This document shows, piece by piece, positions 30,382 through 40,870 of a stretch of 64,000 bases of DNA (position 1 is its first letter; every line of letters begins with the position of its first letter). The DNA is from an uncultured Chloroflexota bacterium (GTDB lineage: Bacteria; Chloroflexota; Anaerolineae; Caldilineales; Caldilineaceae), in contig CAIOHJ010000103.1 of the NCBI GenBank assembly GCA_903858085.1, forward strand, positions 21,598 to 85,597, in the 5' to 3' direction. The position numbers and the translations under genes were made by a program. The notes beneath the pieces were generated by a model. It ran no database searches, had not been told where the DNA came from, and saw only the letters and a list, made by a program, of their open reading frames with translations.

Positions 30382-31103
30382 CGCAACGGCTCTGGGCCCA
30401 ATGCCTGTTCCAGATCGACTACCAGCTTTTCACACAACAACATCAGCTGCGGTTTCCAGCGGTCGTGCAACGTCAGCGGGTCGACCCAGCGCGCCGACAA
30501 CGCTGGCTGGTTCATCTCCGCCAGCGTGAAGGAAGGCTCCTCCAGCAAGCGCAGACGGTTCTCGCGCGGCGCATAGCGGCCAAACTGGGCTTCAACCACA
30601 CCGATCGGAGGAATCCGGTGCGCGCTTTCGGTCGACCAGCGGAGAATTTCGGTGAGCAACAGCCGCAGCGGGTGGTAGCGGCGATGGACCTGTGGGCGCG
30701 TTGCAACCAGCTGCTGCCAGAACTCGCTGCTGGCAAAGGTCATGGACGCCAGGGTGAGCGGCAGCGCATACAGCCCGGCCAGAATCGAGGCACCTGTATC
30801 GAGCAGGGCCCGGCAGGCCCCCAGATAGCCGACCCAGAAGGAGCGGGTCAGCAGGGGGGCTTTTTCTTCGGCCTGTGGGTCCACCTTGTGCCGCTTGCGC
30901 GCATCCTCGATCAAAAACGCATACATCTCGACATCGGCCATCCGTGCACACAGACTTTCGGCCATGACCACACAGGCGCTGGCCAGCGCCTCCTCGTAGG
31001 TTGCAAACTGCTGGTCGAACCGCTCGTCCAGCCGGACAAAACAGCTAGGGACCGGCTGGTCTGACAGCTGATAGGCGGTTCTCTCATAAAAACGCGTGCG
31101 CAT
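30378..31103 (-). CDS. Hypothetical all-helical protein (possible HEPN-like fold)
   Basis: 241-aa ORF with normal codon usage; family assignment speculative. Confidence 0.65.
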   Translation of the reverse strand: MRTRFYERTAYQLSDQPVPSCFVRLDERFDQQFATYEEALASACVVMAESLCARMADVEMYAFLIEDARKRHKVDPQAEEKAPLLTRSFWVGYLGACRALLDTGASILAGLYALPLTLASMTFASSEFWQQLVATRPQVHRRYHPLRLLLTEILRWSTESAHRIPPIGVVEAQFGRYAPRENRLRLLEEPSFTLAEMNQPALSARWVDPLTLHDRWKPQLMLLCEKLVVDLEQALGPEPLR

Positions 31104-31317
31104 GCGGAGTCTTCTCCTGTGAAAGCGGTGCCTCTGCGAAAACAGGGCCCCGTGTCCGCGGGGTCCGGGTCAGCCTGCCAAAACTGGCAGCCCAAATCGG
31201 TCAAATGCCGCTCCCCAGGCAGGGGGGGCGACACAGTATACTGAGAGCGGAGAAGCAAGCTGAAGACATCGTCGTCTCCCTCTCTCTGCAGGCAGGGGGA
31301 GACCACTGGAGGATTCG

Positions 31318-32028
31318 ATGAGTCATCTGCCCAACACCGAGGAGACTCCCTTGATCCGCGATCTGCCGCTCGAGCTGCGCCCTCGTCAGCGTCTGGTCTA
31401 TGCAGGTCCGAATGCGCTGAGCAACGCCGAGCTGCTCGCCATCATCCTGCGCATGGGGGGGCGTGGAGAGAGCGTGCTGCATCTGGCGGAGCGGTTGTTG
31501 AGCCAGTTTGGCGGTCTGCCAGGGCTGGTGCAGGCCAGCCACGACGAACTGTGTGGCGCACATGGGATCGGAGAAGCCAAGGCGACCCAGATCAAAGCGG
31601 CGCTGGAGCTGGGTCGACGGCTGCTGGCCACCGCCCCCTGCGAACGCCCCCGGGTACGCAGCCCGGGGGACGCCGCCAGTCTGCTCATGTTGGAGATGGG
31701 CCTGCTCGAACAGGAGCAGCTGCGCACGCTGCTGCTCGACACCAAAAATACCCTCCTGCGTGTCGTCCACGTCTACACCGGCAGCCTCAACACGGCGGTG
31801 GTGCGGGTCGGCGAAGTCTTTCGAGAAGCAATCCGCGCCAACTGTGCCTCGATCATCGTGGTACACAACCATCCTAGCGGGGACCCGACCCCCAGCCCGG
31901 AGGATGTGCGGGTCACCGAACAGCTGGTGGCCGCCGGCCGCCTGCTCGACATCGAAGTGCTGGACCATCTGGTGATCGGCCACAATCGATATGTCAGTCT
32001 GAAAGAGCGCGGGCTGGGCTTTCGGTGA
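31318..32028 (+). CDS. radC: RadC (HhH plus JAB domain) protein
   Basis: [37 protein letters not shown]. Confidence 0.96.
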   Translation: MSHLPNTEETPLIRDLPLELRPRQRLVYAGPNALSNAELLAIILRMGGRGESVLHLAERLLSQFGGLPGLVQASHDELCGAHGIGEAKATQIKAALELGRRLLATAPCERPRVRSPGDAASLLMLEMGLLEQEQLRTLLLDTKNTLLRVVHVYTGSLNTAVVRVGEVFREAIRANCASIIVVHNHPSGDPTPSPEDVRVTEQLVAAGRLLDIEVLDHLVIGHNRYVSLKERGLGFR

Positions 32029-32066
32029 GCGCTCAGGAAGCTGGTCTGCCCGGCTCGCCTCCTGTC

Positions 32067-32879
32067 CTAGCTGTCGGCTGTCGGGTCGAATTGGGCCTTG
32101 GAGCCCAGATATTCACAGAGGGCACGGACAGTGCCATTGGTCAGCCGCGCCTCTTTGGCGCGTGCCCGCACGTAGTCTTTGAGCTGGTCTGCGCGCAACA
32201 CTGGGAGCGTCGGGCCATTCAGATCGAGCTGGATTTCCTGGTTGAGAAAGACGACGGCGCCCTCCACCGGCACCGCAGCCAACGGATTGGCCTCCCCCTC
32301 ATTGGCTGGAGCCTCTGCCAGCAGCTGGCGAATCTTCTTCTGCTGCTCGGCGAGCTCCTGGGCTGGGTTCCCGACCCCTTCGCGCGAAAAGAGGGTGAAA
32401 ATTCTCCCCAGGCTGAAGGGCTCACGCCAGCGATCCCCGGAGACCGCCACCCGTCCTTTGTCGGAGCGAACGATCCAGATCAGGACACCGTGTGGTCCGG
32501 CCAGCAGATAGCTGGTGGGCAAGCTCATGGCGAAGTAAGCATGTTTGTCGTCGAAGCCTTTGAGGCTGCGTTCCAGCACCTCGTCGGGGCGCTCAAAGAG
32601 ACGGCTGCCGGGCCAACGGCGCCGCGCAAAGCGGTTGATAAAATAGCTGCCGGTGCTGGCCAGCATGAACCCTGCAGCCAGCGCAGCAAAGCTGATCCAA
32701 GACCAGTACAGCTGCAAAAAGCCAGGAATGCCCGGCTGGATGGGCTGGTCGGGCGGGTACCAGGTCGGGACAAAGCTGGCCAGCAGCCCGACAAAGAGGA
32801 CAGCCAGCCCGGCCAGGCTGAAGCGACGCCCCAACGACTCTTTGCGTTTGATCTGGGTCAGGTTTCGGTATAGTTTCAT
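32067..32879 (-). CDS. Membrane-anchored hypothetical protein with degenerate NERD-like domain
   Basis: Two N-terminal TMs; LLAGPHGV resembles the NERD strand motif, acidic catalytic residues not evident. Confidence 0.7.
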   Translation of the reverse strand: MKLYRNLTQIKRKESLGRRFSLAGLAVLFVGLLASFVPTWYPPDQPIQPGIPGFLQLYWSWISFAALAAGFMLASTGSYFINRFARRRWPGSRLFERPDEVLERSLKGFDDKHAYFAMSLPTSYLLAGPHGVLIWIVRSDKGRVAVSGDRWREPFSLGRIFTLFSREGVGNPAQELAEQQKKIRQLLAEAPANEGEANPLAAVPVEGAVVFLNQEIQLDLNGPTLPVLRADQLKDYVRARAKEARLTNGTVRALCEYLGSKAQFDPTADS

Positions 32880-32946
32880 AAAAGATACCCTCCTCCTCGT
32901 TGGGCGTCCCCAGATGGGCGACGCCGTCAAAATGGATCTTCCGAGC

Positions 32947-33972
32947 TCAGCGTGCCGCTTCTGCACGCTCGTCTGGCTGGGCAAGCGCTGCAATCCCCCG
33001 TTGGATTTTGGCCGGCACCTCGTGTTCGATCGCCTGTTTGGCGACGCGGATGGCATGGCGCACCGCCAACGAGTTGCTGCGCCCATGGGCCACCACCACA
33101 AGACTGGAGAGCCCCAACAGCACAGCCCCGCCGTAGTGGCTGTCGTCCATCCGCTCCCGCACGCGCCCCATGGCCCCGCGCGAGAGCAGGGCCCCCAGGA
33201 GGGCAACTGGACTCTTTTTGATCTCTTCTCGCATCACCTGACTCATCAACCTGGCTGTCGTCTCGGCGGTTTTGACAAAGATGTTGCCCGTGAACCCGTC
33301 GGTCACAACGACATCGGCCAGACCCGCCGGGATCTCTTTGCTTTCGATATTGCCCTCAAAACGAAGGCTGGGGGTCTTTTCGAGCAGCTTGAAGCTGTCG
33401 ATCACCAGCTGGTTGCCCTTGCCCGCCTCTTCGCCGTTGCTCAGAATGCGGACCGTCGGCTGCTCGACGCCGAGCAGTTCGCGCGCATAGATGGTGCCCA
33501 TCATCGCAAATTGCTGGAGATGTTCCGGCCGCACGTCGGCATTGGCGCCAATATCCAGGATCAGACAGACACCGTGCAGGGTGGGGAAGGGGCAGATCAA
33601 CGCAGGCCGTGAGATCCCTTGGATCCGCCCCACATGCAAGATGCCGGCGGCCAGCGCCCCGCCTGTATTTCCGGCTGACACAAATGCCTGCGCCGCGTTG
33701 CTTTTCACCAGTTTACAGCCGACGACCATCGAGCTGTCTGATTTGGCACGCACCGCAGCAGCAGGTTTTTCATCCATTTCGATCACCTGTGTGGCAGGGA
33801 CGATCGGGAGGTCGAGCCCACGCACGTTGTATTTTTTGAGCTCCGCTGCAACGACATCGGGTTTCCCCACCAGCGAGACGGTCACACCGTAGATACGTGC
33901 CGCCTCCACCGCGCCGGCAACGATGGCTTCCGGCGCATGATCGCCTCCCATAGCATCCAGTGCAATATTCAT
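32947..33972 (-). CDS. plsX: Phosphate acyltransferase PlsX
   Basis: [43 protein letters not shown]. Confidence 0.97.
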   Translation of the reverse strand: MNIALDAMGGDHAPEAIVAGAVEAARIYGVTVSLVGKPDVVAAELKKYNVRGLDLPIVPATQVIEMDEKPAAAVRAKSDSSMVVGCKLVKSNAAQAFVSAGNTGGALAAGILHVGRIQGISRPALICPFPTLHGVCLILDIGANADVRPEHLQQFAMMGTIYARELLGVEQPTVRILSNGEEAGKGNQLVIDSFKLLEKTPSLRFEGNIESKEIPAGLADVVVTDGFTGNIFVKTAETTARLMSQVMREEIKKSPVALLGALLSRGAMGRVRERMDDSHYGGAVLLGLSSLVVVAHGRSNSLAVRHAIRVAKQAIEHEVPAKIQRGIAALAQPDERAEAAR

Positions 33973-34174
33973 AATCGGTCTGGCGGCCGAAACCACCCTG
34001 GCGGGTGGAGGAAGCCGCTTTCCTCCTTTCGTGGCACAATTGTTCGCATTGCTTAAAATTTTCGCGCACCTGTGCTCTTTTAGGAGTCCTGAAACAGCTC
34101 ACACAGGTCAAACTCCTGCCTGCCAGACACGTTGCACCGCAGGATGAAACAGGCGAACGCAGCCAGCCAGTTTG

Positions 34175-35827
34175 TCAGTGGCCAGCCCTGGAAGAGACAC
34201 CCCTTTCGCCAGCACGATTTGCATCCCCTCTGCTGTGACGGGGTGCTCCACGCAACTGTTGCTGCAGCGGGGGCAAGAGAGGGAGCAGATCGCTGGCGAC
34301 GACCCCTGCCTCGCCGAGGGTGGCAGCACACTGCAGGCCCGCCTGGCCATGCAACCAGGCGCCGACGCACGCTGCCGCAAACGGAGAACTGCCCTGCGCC
34401 AACAAGCCACCGATCAGCCCGGCCAGAATGTCACCGCTGCCAGCGGTTGCCAGCGCCGCAGTGGCAACCGGCAGCACAGCCAACTGGCCGTCGGCGGAGG
34501 CCACCACCGTGTACGGGCCTTTCAACAACACCGTGCACTGCCACTCCTGTGCTTTTTGTCTGGCCAGCGCCCAGCGGTGGGCAGTCACCTCAGCCACCGG
34601 CCGCCCACACAGACGGGCCATTTCGGCAGGGTGTGGGGTCAGCACACAATCGGCTGGCAGCCGCTCAGCCCAATTTTCGAGCGCGGCCAGCCCATTCAGC
34701 CCGTCCGCATCAAACACAGTGGCTGGCAGAGGCCGCTCCAGCAAATGGGCGAGCAGTGTGCAGGTCTCTGGGGTCTGGTTCAGGCCACAGCCCACCACCA
34801 GCGCCCGGCAACCCGACAGCTGCGGAGCGATCCACTCGGCTGCTTTGCCGGCAATCCCAGCCCCGTTTGTCCCTTCGGCGGCAGGCAGCAGCAGCCAGGT
34901 CGGTTCAGGAAGTCGGCCTGCAACCTGAGCCCAGACCGTTCGAATCGTTGCCACCGTGACCAATCCGGCGCCAACGCGGCCAGCTGCGCTGCTGGCCAGC
35001 AGCGCAGCACCCGGATAGGCTTCGCTTCCGACAACCAGCAGCACCCTGCCAAAGGTTCCTTTGTGGCTGTTCGGCGGACGGGGCGGCAGCCAGGCGCGCA
35101 CCGCAGCCGCGTCGAGGACAAAGGTGGGCACCGCTGCGATCCATGCCGGGTCAATCCCAATGTCTACTACAGCAAGCTCGCCTACTGCAGCAGCTGCCGG
35201 AAACTGGTAGTGGCCCACCTTGGCACAGGCAAAGGTCACTGTCAGATCAGGAAAGAGTGTGTGTGGATCCAGATCGCCTGTGTCACAGTTCATCCCGCTG
35301 GCACAGTCGACGGCCACGAGAGGCGGGGCCGGCGAACGAGCAACCTGTGCCGTGCGGGCCGCAACCAGGATGGCCGCCAGTGACCCTGTCACCGGACGGT
35401 TGGCACCGGTCCCGAGCAGCGCGTCGACGAAGACGTCGGCTTGCTGCAGCCACGCCCGCAGTGTGGCCAGGCTGGGGTCGCTTTCTGCATCGGCGACAGC
35501 CACGCCTGCTTCCTCCACCCTGGCCAGCCAGAGACCGACAGCCGTGCCCTCCTGGGCTGGTCGTTTCCAGAGATAGACCTGCACGCTGGCCCCAGCCTGT
35601 CGCAGCCAATCAGCACAGACCAGCCCGTCGCCGCCATTGTGGCCCGGCCCGGCCAACACCAGATAGGAAACGGCACCATAACGCCCCCAGAGCGCGGAGG
35701 CAACGGCCCGGCCTGCCGCCTCCATCATCGCCCCATACGAATGGCCGGCCGCAGCGGCGCGCCGTTCAAGTGCCTGCATCTCAGCGACACTCACAATACG
35801 CTTCGGCGAGAGCACGGCTTCCAGCAA
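34175..35827 (-). CDS. nnr: Bifunctional NAD(P)HX epimerase/dehydratase
   Basis: MEAAGRAVA, GPGHNGGDG, DALLGTG, HKGTFG, DADGL, TPHPAE, LATAGSGD. Confidence 0.93.
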   Translation of the reverse strand: MLEAVLSPKRIVSVAEMQALERRAAAAGHSYGAMMEAAGRAVASALWGRYGAVSYLVLAGPGHNGGDGLVCADWLRQAGASVQVYLWKRPAQEGTAVGLWLARVEEAGVAVADAESDPSLATLRAWLQQADVFVDALLGTGANRPVTGSLAAILVAARTAQVARSPAPPLVAVDCASGMNCDTGDLDPHTLFPDLTVTFACAKVGHYQFPAAAAVGELAVVDIGIDPAWIAAVPTFVLDAAAVRAWLPPRPPNSHKGTFGRVLLVVGSEAYPGAALLASSAAGRVGAGLVTVATIRTVWAQVAGRLPEPTWLLLPAAEGTNGAGIAGKAAEWIAPQLSGCRALVVGCGLNQTPETCTLLAHLLERPLPATVFDADGLNGLAALENWAERLPADCVLTPHPAEMARLCGRPVAEVTAHRWALARQKAQEWQCTVLLKGPYTVVASADGQLAVLPVATAALATAGSGDILAGLIGGLLAQGSSPFAAACVGAWLHGQAGLQCAATLGEAGVVASDLLPLLPPLQQQLRGAPRHSRGDANRAGERGVSSRAGH

Positions 35828-35850
35828 AAATCCCTCCAGTAAAACTGGAC

Positions 35851-36480
35851 TCAGGTGCCTGACATTTGGGGCGGCTGCGGCGCCAGATCCATCTCTTGCA
35901 GCAGGCCAACCAGCGCGTAGTTGTGGCTGAGCACCAACAGCCCGGGCAGAATCAACAGGACCGGCACCACCAACACGATGCTGACCACGGCCAACAACAG
36001 TTGAAAGATCAGCATCAACACAGAATAGAGGGGGTGGCGAATCACCAACAAAAAACTGTTGCGCAACAGCAACGGCACTGTCGGTTCATTTTGTTGCCAG
36101 AAGAGCGGGTAAAAATACTGGGCAGCCAGCACCGAAAGCAGCAGCAGCCAGAGCGTGATAAACCCAGGCACCACCAGCCAGCCGCCGCCGCTCAAATAAA
36201 AATTGATACTGATCGTCATGGCGATCGGTGCAAACACCAGCAGCAGTGCCAACAATACCCCACGGCCAATATGCTGTCTGGCCCCTTCCCAGAAAAAGCC
36301 AAACTCAACCCGTTTGTAGTTGGCCATGCGGTTGGCCACATGGTGCATGCCAGCCCAGGTCATCGGTGCCGTAACGACCAGCAACGTCCCAATCCAGAAG
36401 AGAACACTGAGGCCGACCACCAAAAAAAATTCTTCGTAGGCGCCTTTGAAGGTACGCCCCATGATTGTGAACGCTTTCAT
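35851..36480 (-). CDS. Integral membrane protein (DUF624/YesL-like)
   Basis: Five to six TM segments; family assignment by pattern only. Confidence 0.7.
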   Translation of the reverse strand: MKAFTIMGRTFKGAYEEFFLVVGLSVLFWIGTLLVVTAPMTWAGMHHVANRMANYKRVEFGFFWEGARQHIGRGVLLALLLVFAPIAMTISINFYLSGGGWLVVPGFITLWLLLLSVLAAQYFYPLFWQQNEPTVPLLLRNSFLLVIRHPLYSVLMLIFQLLLAVVSIVLVVPVLLILPGLLVLSHNYALVGLLQEMDLAPQPPQMSGT

Positions 36481-36747
36481 GGGAAAAAATTATACCACAG
36501 CCGCCCCCTACAAACTCGTGTCGAAGCTGTCGAACACACAAACACCGCTGTCGGCCGCTGGAAGTGCAGGAAACAGCCCCCACAGAATCCCCCCAATATG
36601 GGAAGTGACCTTGCTGGCCCCCATCTCAATAGACGCTACGCTCAAAGGAGCGACCTGTGTCCGGCCGCCACACCGATTGTGGATGTAGCAGAATCTGGGT
36701 GTATGCTACAGATCTGGTGAAAGATTGCAGGCAGAGCAAGGAAACGC

Positions 36748-38946
36748 ATGATGAAAAAATGGTTGAGACAACTCGAACACAACGGACCGCTGCTCTACGT
36801 GTGGATCGCCCTGCTGCTGGTTGCTGGGCTGGTCGCAGCCCCGCTTGTCGCCGTGCCCGCCGTCGCCCAGAGCAGCCTGGATATGGGGAAAACGGCGGTC
36901 GCTGGCCTGGACGGCGCTCTCCTGATGGACCAGCCAGATGGCAGTCCGCTGCAGAAGTTGGCCGCCGGTGAAGTCGTGACAGCCATCGGACGCACGCCGG
37001 ACAGCCAGTTTCTCTGGGTCGTCACCGACCGCCAGGTCGAAGGCTGGATTCAGGCGAGCCAGCTCGTCATCTTTGGCGCAGCCAGCCTGCCGGTGATCGG
37101 AGGGGATGCCGCCACAGCAGCCGCGTCGCCGACAACACCCAGCACAAAAAATACGCCGCTCGTGACGGCGACACCGGCAGCGACCGCCACACCGACTGTC
37201 CCCCCGACACCGACCGTCACGCCGACGCCGACCATCCCCCCGACACCGACCGTCACGCCGACGCCGACCGTCCCCCCGACACCGACTGTCACGCCGACAC
37301 CGACTGTCACGCCGACACCGACCGTCCCCCCGACGCCAATTCCAACCAGCGACGCGATCGGGGTCACACTTGGGGAGGGGGCCTTGCTGTACAAAACCCC
37401 GGAAGGCGAGCGCTCCCAGGAATTGCCCGGCGCTGAAGCAGTCAATGTATTGGGGCGTACCACCGACGCAACCTGGCTGCTGGTGGAAACGTTCGACGGC
37501 AAACAGGGCTGGCTGCCAGCAGAGCAACTGGTGACGTTTGGCATCGAGGAGCTGCCTGATTTGAGCGGCCAGCCGGCCACCGATCCGTCAGCTGCCGCAG
37601 CGGTTGCCCCAGCGACCCCAACGGTTGTGGCCGCCGAGGAGACATCGATGATCTCTGCTGCCAGCGGGGCTGCGGAGGAGCAGAGGGTTGTCGCCAGCGG
37701 GGCAGTGACGACGATCGACACCCGGCTCAACATTCGTTCTGGCCCTGCCAGCAGCTCCCCGATCGTCGGCAAAGCAGCCAGCGAAGAGCCGCTTGCCGTC
37801 GCAGCCCGCAGCAGCGACAACCTCTGGCTCTTGATCGTGCGGGCCGACCTCCCTGCTGGAGCCGGCTGGGTTGCGGCCGAACTGGTCACCCTGGAAGGCG
37901 CTGTCGGCGACCTGCCGGTGGCAACCGACACCTTTGAGGACACGGCTGCGCAAGAAGCCCCTGCGAACTGGCTCCCTACTGCGACCGCTGAAGCTGCGAT
38001 GCCGGCCCCCCGACAGGCTTCGACGGGGCTCGACGGCACCCTTGTTTTTCAAGACGGACGCGGCGCACTCTATGTGTACGACTTGGCAAGGGGCTCTGTG
38101 CGTTACCTGACCAGCGGCTTTGACCCGGATATCAGCCGGGATGGCAGCAAGGTCACCTTCGTGCGCGACGGGGTGTACACCATCCAGATCGACGGGACAG
38201 GCGAACGCCTGCTCCACCGCAGCGAGCTGGTGACCTCCCCCAAGTGGAGCCCGGACGGCCAATATGTGCTCTTCAGCCGGCTGCTGGGGGAGTACAAATG
38301 CTGGGACACCGAATTCTTCGGGTGTGTCAGCGTCAAGGAACTCTCTGGTCGCTTTCCGGGTGCGCCGCCAGCCATTCTCCAATCCATCTTCTTGAGCGGC
38401 TACGACCGCATCTCGCTGCCCAATTTTGGCCTGTCTCGGGTCGACGCTGACGGCAAAGAATTTCGGGATGTGGCGGCGCTTGACTCTGCGATGGCCCCTG
38501 ATTGGAGCGACGGCGGGATCGTCTACCAGTCCAAGGCAGGCCTCGAGGTGACCGACGACACCGCCGACGCCGACACCCGGTCGGTACAAAATGCGCACTG
38601 GGACTGGGACCCGGACTGGGCACCCGACGGCGGGCGCATCGTTTACCAGTCCAAGGAGGGACCCCACTGGGAAATTTTTAGCATCTCTCCGGATGGAAGC
38701 GGGGTCTTTGCCTTGACCCGACCGGTCACAACCCTGGTCGACGAACTGCCCAGCAATGTAGCCCCTGCTTTCAGCCCCACTGGCCAGCAGATCGTCTATT
38801 TGAGCAATCGCGATGAGGAGAACGACGCAGGTCCCTGGCGGCTTTGGGTGATGGCAGCAGATGGCAGCAACCAGCGTCCACTGCCGATCGAAATTGAAAT
38901 TTCTTATGGATACGGTGGGGAGCAAGTTGTCAGCTGGGGACCGTAA
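36748..38946 (+). CDS. Secreted or anchored protein: three SH3b-like domains, Pro/Thr linker, C-terminal TolB/PD40-like beta-propeller
   Basis: Repeated GR..D..W.......GW patterns; P.WSPDG, PDWAPDG and PAFSPTG blades. Confidence 0.82.
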   Translation: MMKKWLRQLEHNGPLLYVWIALLLVAGLVAAPLVAVPAVAQSSLDMGKTAVAGLDGALLMDQPDGSPLQKLAAGEVVTAIGRTPDSQFLWVVTDRQVEGWIQASQLVIFGAASLPVIGGDAATAAASPTTPSTKNTPLVTATPAATATPTVPPTPTVTPTPTIPPTPTVTPTPTVPPTPTVTPTPTVTPTPTVPPTPIPTSDAIGVTLGEGALLYKTPEGERSQELPGAEAVNVLGRTTDATWLLVETFDGKQGWLPAEQLVTFGIEELPDLSGQPATDPSAAAAVAPATPTVVAAEETSMISAASGAAEEQRVVASGAVTTIDTRLNIRSGPASSSPIVGKAASEEPLAVAARSSDNLWLLIVRADLPAGAGWVAAELVTLEGAVGDLPVATDTFEDTAAQEAPANWLPTATAEAAMPAPRQASTGLDGTLVFQDGRGALYVYDLARGSVRYLTSGFDPDISRDGSKVTFVRDGVYTIQIDGTGERLLHRSELVTSPKWSPDGQYVLFSRLLGEYKCWDTEFFGCVSVKELSGRFPGAPPAILQSIFLSGYDRISLPNFGLSRVDADGKEFRDVAALDSAMAPDWSDGGIVYQSKAGLEVTDDTADADTRSVQNAHWDWDPDWAPDGGRIVYQSKEGPHWEIFSISPDGSGVFALTRPVTTLVDELPSNVAPAFSPTGQQIVYLSNRDEENDAGPWRLWVMAADGSNQRPLPIEIEISYGYGGEQVVSWGP
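37171..37340 (+). repeat. Degenerate 18-bp tandem repeat encoding (TPTVPP/TPTVTP)n
   Basis: About 8-9 units such as ACACCGACCGTCACGCCG. Confidence 0.85.
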
Positions 38947-38959
38947 TCTCACTCTGGAA

Positions 38960-38996
38960 AAAATCAGGCTGGGGCAAATATCGCCCCAGCCTTTTT
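38960..38996. terminator. Bidirectional intrinsic terminator between convergent genes
   Basis: AGGCTGGGGC/GCCCCAGCCT stem, A-run before and T-run after. Confidence 0.85.
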
Positions 38997-39402
38997 AATT
39001 GGCGTCTCCCACGATCTGACGCTGCAATTTCTGCAGAGGCGTCACCCCGTGGTTGATCGCCACAGGACGCAACTCGGGGTTCAGGACCACGGTGGCCGGC
39101 ACCGTCATGATGCCGTACAGGTCAGCGAGCGCGCGCTGTTCGATGGCGTCGAGCTTGTGCACGGCGACATCTAACCGGGCTTGCAGCTGGGCCAGAATTG
39201 GGGTCTGCTGCAGCCGGCACTGCGCACACTCGTGGGTCGTGAAATAGAGGACAGCAGGTTTGCCGCCTTGCACAGCAGGTGGCACGGCTGGGGGGGCTTT
39301 TTGCAATTCTTGGAGCTGGCGCTGCTGCCAATGGCGCCAGAGCCCATAAAGAAGCGCTGCTGCCAGAGCGATTGCAGCAACGATCAGCACTCTTTCCAAC
39401 AT
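38995..39402 (-). CDS. Membrane-anchored thioredoxin-family protein
   Basis: N-terminal TM; CAQC (CxxC); VPAT cis-Pro region. Confidence 0.85.
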   Translation of the reverse strand: MLERVLIVAAIALAAALLYGLWRHWQQRQLQELQKAPPAVPPAVQGGKPAVLYFTTHECAQCRLQQTPILAQLQARLDVAVHKLDAIEQRALADLYGIMTVPATVVLNPELRPVAINHGVTPLQKLQRQIVGDAN

Positions 39403-39415
39403 GGCACACCCCTTT

Positions 39416-39874
39416 TTAGGATTGCTTGGTTTTGACAGCAGCCGGCCAGGAGGGCAGCACGGGGGTCACGCCCAGCCTCCCCAGCTGGTAGAAAAGAAAA
39501 CAGCCTGCGCAGAACCCCAGAAACAGGTTGACGGCAGCCAGAGCCACGACCAGCCAGGCCAGCGTCCAGCCAGCGACGGGCAGCGCACCCCAGAGCAGCC
39601 CTGCGCTGGCCAACAAAAAAAGTCCGCCAAGCCCCTGGGCAAAGAGATGGGGGCGAAGGTCATCTTTGCGTAGATCAGGGCGGAGCCAGCCCTGCGGCGC
39701 GATCAGCCGGGTATAGACAAGTTTGAACAGCCCAGCCTGCGGCCATATCGTGCCGACCAGCATCACTGCGGCCACGGCGGCGACCAGCCCGCGCGCATCC
39801 AGGAGAAAGGCCACCACCACCAGGCTGACAATCGCGGCCTGGTTAAAACGCAGCGCAGCATAATCGACGTTCAT
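39416..39874 (-). CDS. DUF4395-family membrane protein
   Basis: RFNQ, P..FAQGLG and LFLGFCAGC motifs. Confidence 0.82.
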   Translation of the reverse strand: MNVDYAALRFNQAAIVSLVVVAFLLDARGLVAAVAAVMLVGTIWPQAGLFKLVYTRLIAPQGWLRPDLRKDDLRPHLFAQGLGGLFLLASAGLLWGALPVAGWTLAWLVVALAAVNLFLGFCAGCFLFYQLGRLGVTPVLPSWPAAVKTKQS

Positions 39875-39919
39875 TTGGTCTCTCCTTTGCAAATGCCGAG
39901 CAGGGAGGAGCCCCCCTGC

Positions 39920-40855
39920 TCAGCCAAACAGCCCCAGACTGACATATTTGCTGCCGTCGTCGGGCAGCACGGTCACGATGCAACCTTTTTGCACCTGGTG
40001 GGCCAGCGCCACCGCCACTTGCACAGCTGCACCGGCGCTGATCCCGACAAAGAGCCCACCAGTTCGAGCCAGCTGCTGGGTCATTGTCCAGGCATCTTCG
40101 CTGGCCACCCCCCAGAAACGGTCCGGGAGGCCGGCATCGTAGATCCCCGGTACGATCGCACTTTCCAGATGCTTCAACCCCTCGATCACCGCAAGCTCGT
40201 CTTCAGGCTGTACAGCGACCAGCTCGATCGCTGGGTTGCATTCCTTCAGATAGCGTCCGGTCCCCATGAACGTTCCGGTCGTGCCCAGCCCGGCCACAAA
40301 ATGGGTCACCCCTCCGGCGCTTTGCTGCCAAATTTCTGGGCCCGTCGTCGCATAATGCGCCTGCCAGTTGGCAGGGTTGTTGTACTGGTTGGTGTAGACA
40401 TACCGTTCGGGGGCAGCGGCCACGATGGCGCGTACGGTTTCGATCGCGCCGTCTGAGCCTTCCAGCGGGTCTGATTCGATCAAGGTGGCCCCGTAGGCCT
40501 TGACCAGCGCCTTGCGTTCGGCGCTGACGTTGGCTGGCATGACCAGCTGTACCGCATAGCCCTTGACCGATCCGATCAGGGCCAGCGCGATGCCAGTGTT
40601 GCCCGAGCTGCTGTCGATCAAAATTTTGCCGGCTGTCAGCTGGCCAGAACGCTCGGCTTCTTCGACCATGCGCAACGCGGCGCGTGCTTTGATAGAGCCG
40701 CCGGGGTTGGTCCATTCCGCCTTGGCCAACACTCTGACCGAACTTGGCACCCCCTGCCGATGGGCAAATTCGCTCAAATCCAACAGGGGGGTGTTGCCGA
40801 TCTGGGCCAGGATCGTGCTGGCGGCTGGGGTACTGGGTTCAAGCGTGCGAAGCAT
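39920..40855 (-). CDS. cysM: PLP-dependent cysteine synthase, CysM type
   Basis: IGNTPL, NPGGSIK, SSGNTG, GLGTTGT, GISAGA; basic residue in IEGLKH rather than the CysK-type IQGIG. Confidence 0.88.
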   Translation of the reverse strand: MLRTLEPSTPAASTILAQIGNTPLLDLSEFAHRQGVPSSVRVLAKAEWTNPGGSIKARAALRMVEEAERSGQLTAGKILIDSSSGNTGIALALIGSVKGYAVQLVMPANVSAERKALVKAYGATLIESDPLEGSDGAIETVRAIVAAAPERYVYTNQYNNPANWQAHYATTGPEIWQQSAGGVTHFVAGLGTTGTFMGTGRYLKECNPAIELVAVQPEDELAVIEGLKHLESAIVPGIYDAGLPDRFWGVASEDAWTMTQQLARTGGLFVGISAGAAVQVAVALAHQVQKGCIVTVLPDDGSKYVSLGLFG

Positions 40856-40870
40856 GGCCGGGTTCTCCTC

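Noticed and set aside
31234-31243. Palindrome CAGTATACTG as a bidirectional -10 for radC and the divergent gene
   Set aside because: No matching -35 at proper spacing on either strand; too weak to call.
31318-32028. RadC JAB domain as the protease that trims the GG-EG sulfur carrier
   Set aside because: RadC-type JAB with HhH is a nucleic-acid-associated family distinct from Mec/M67; it is 10 kb away with no linkage.
37171-37340. CRISPR array or other non-coding repeat
   Set aside because: Units are contiguous without unique spacers and encode an in-frame Pro/Thr linker; no cas genes in the window.
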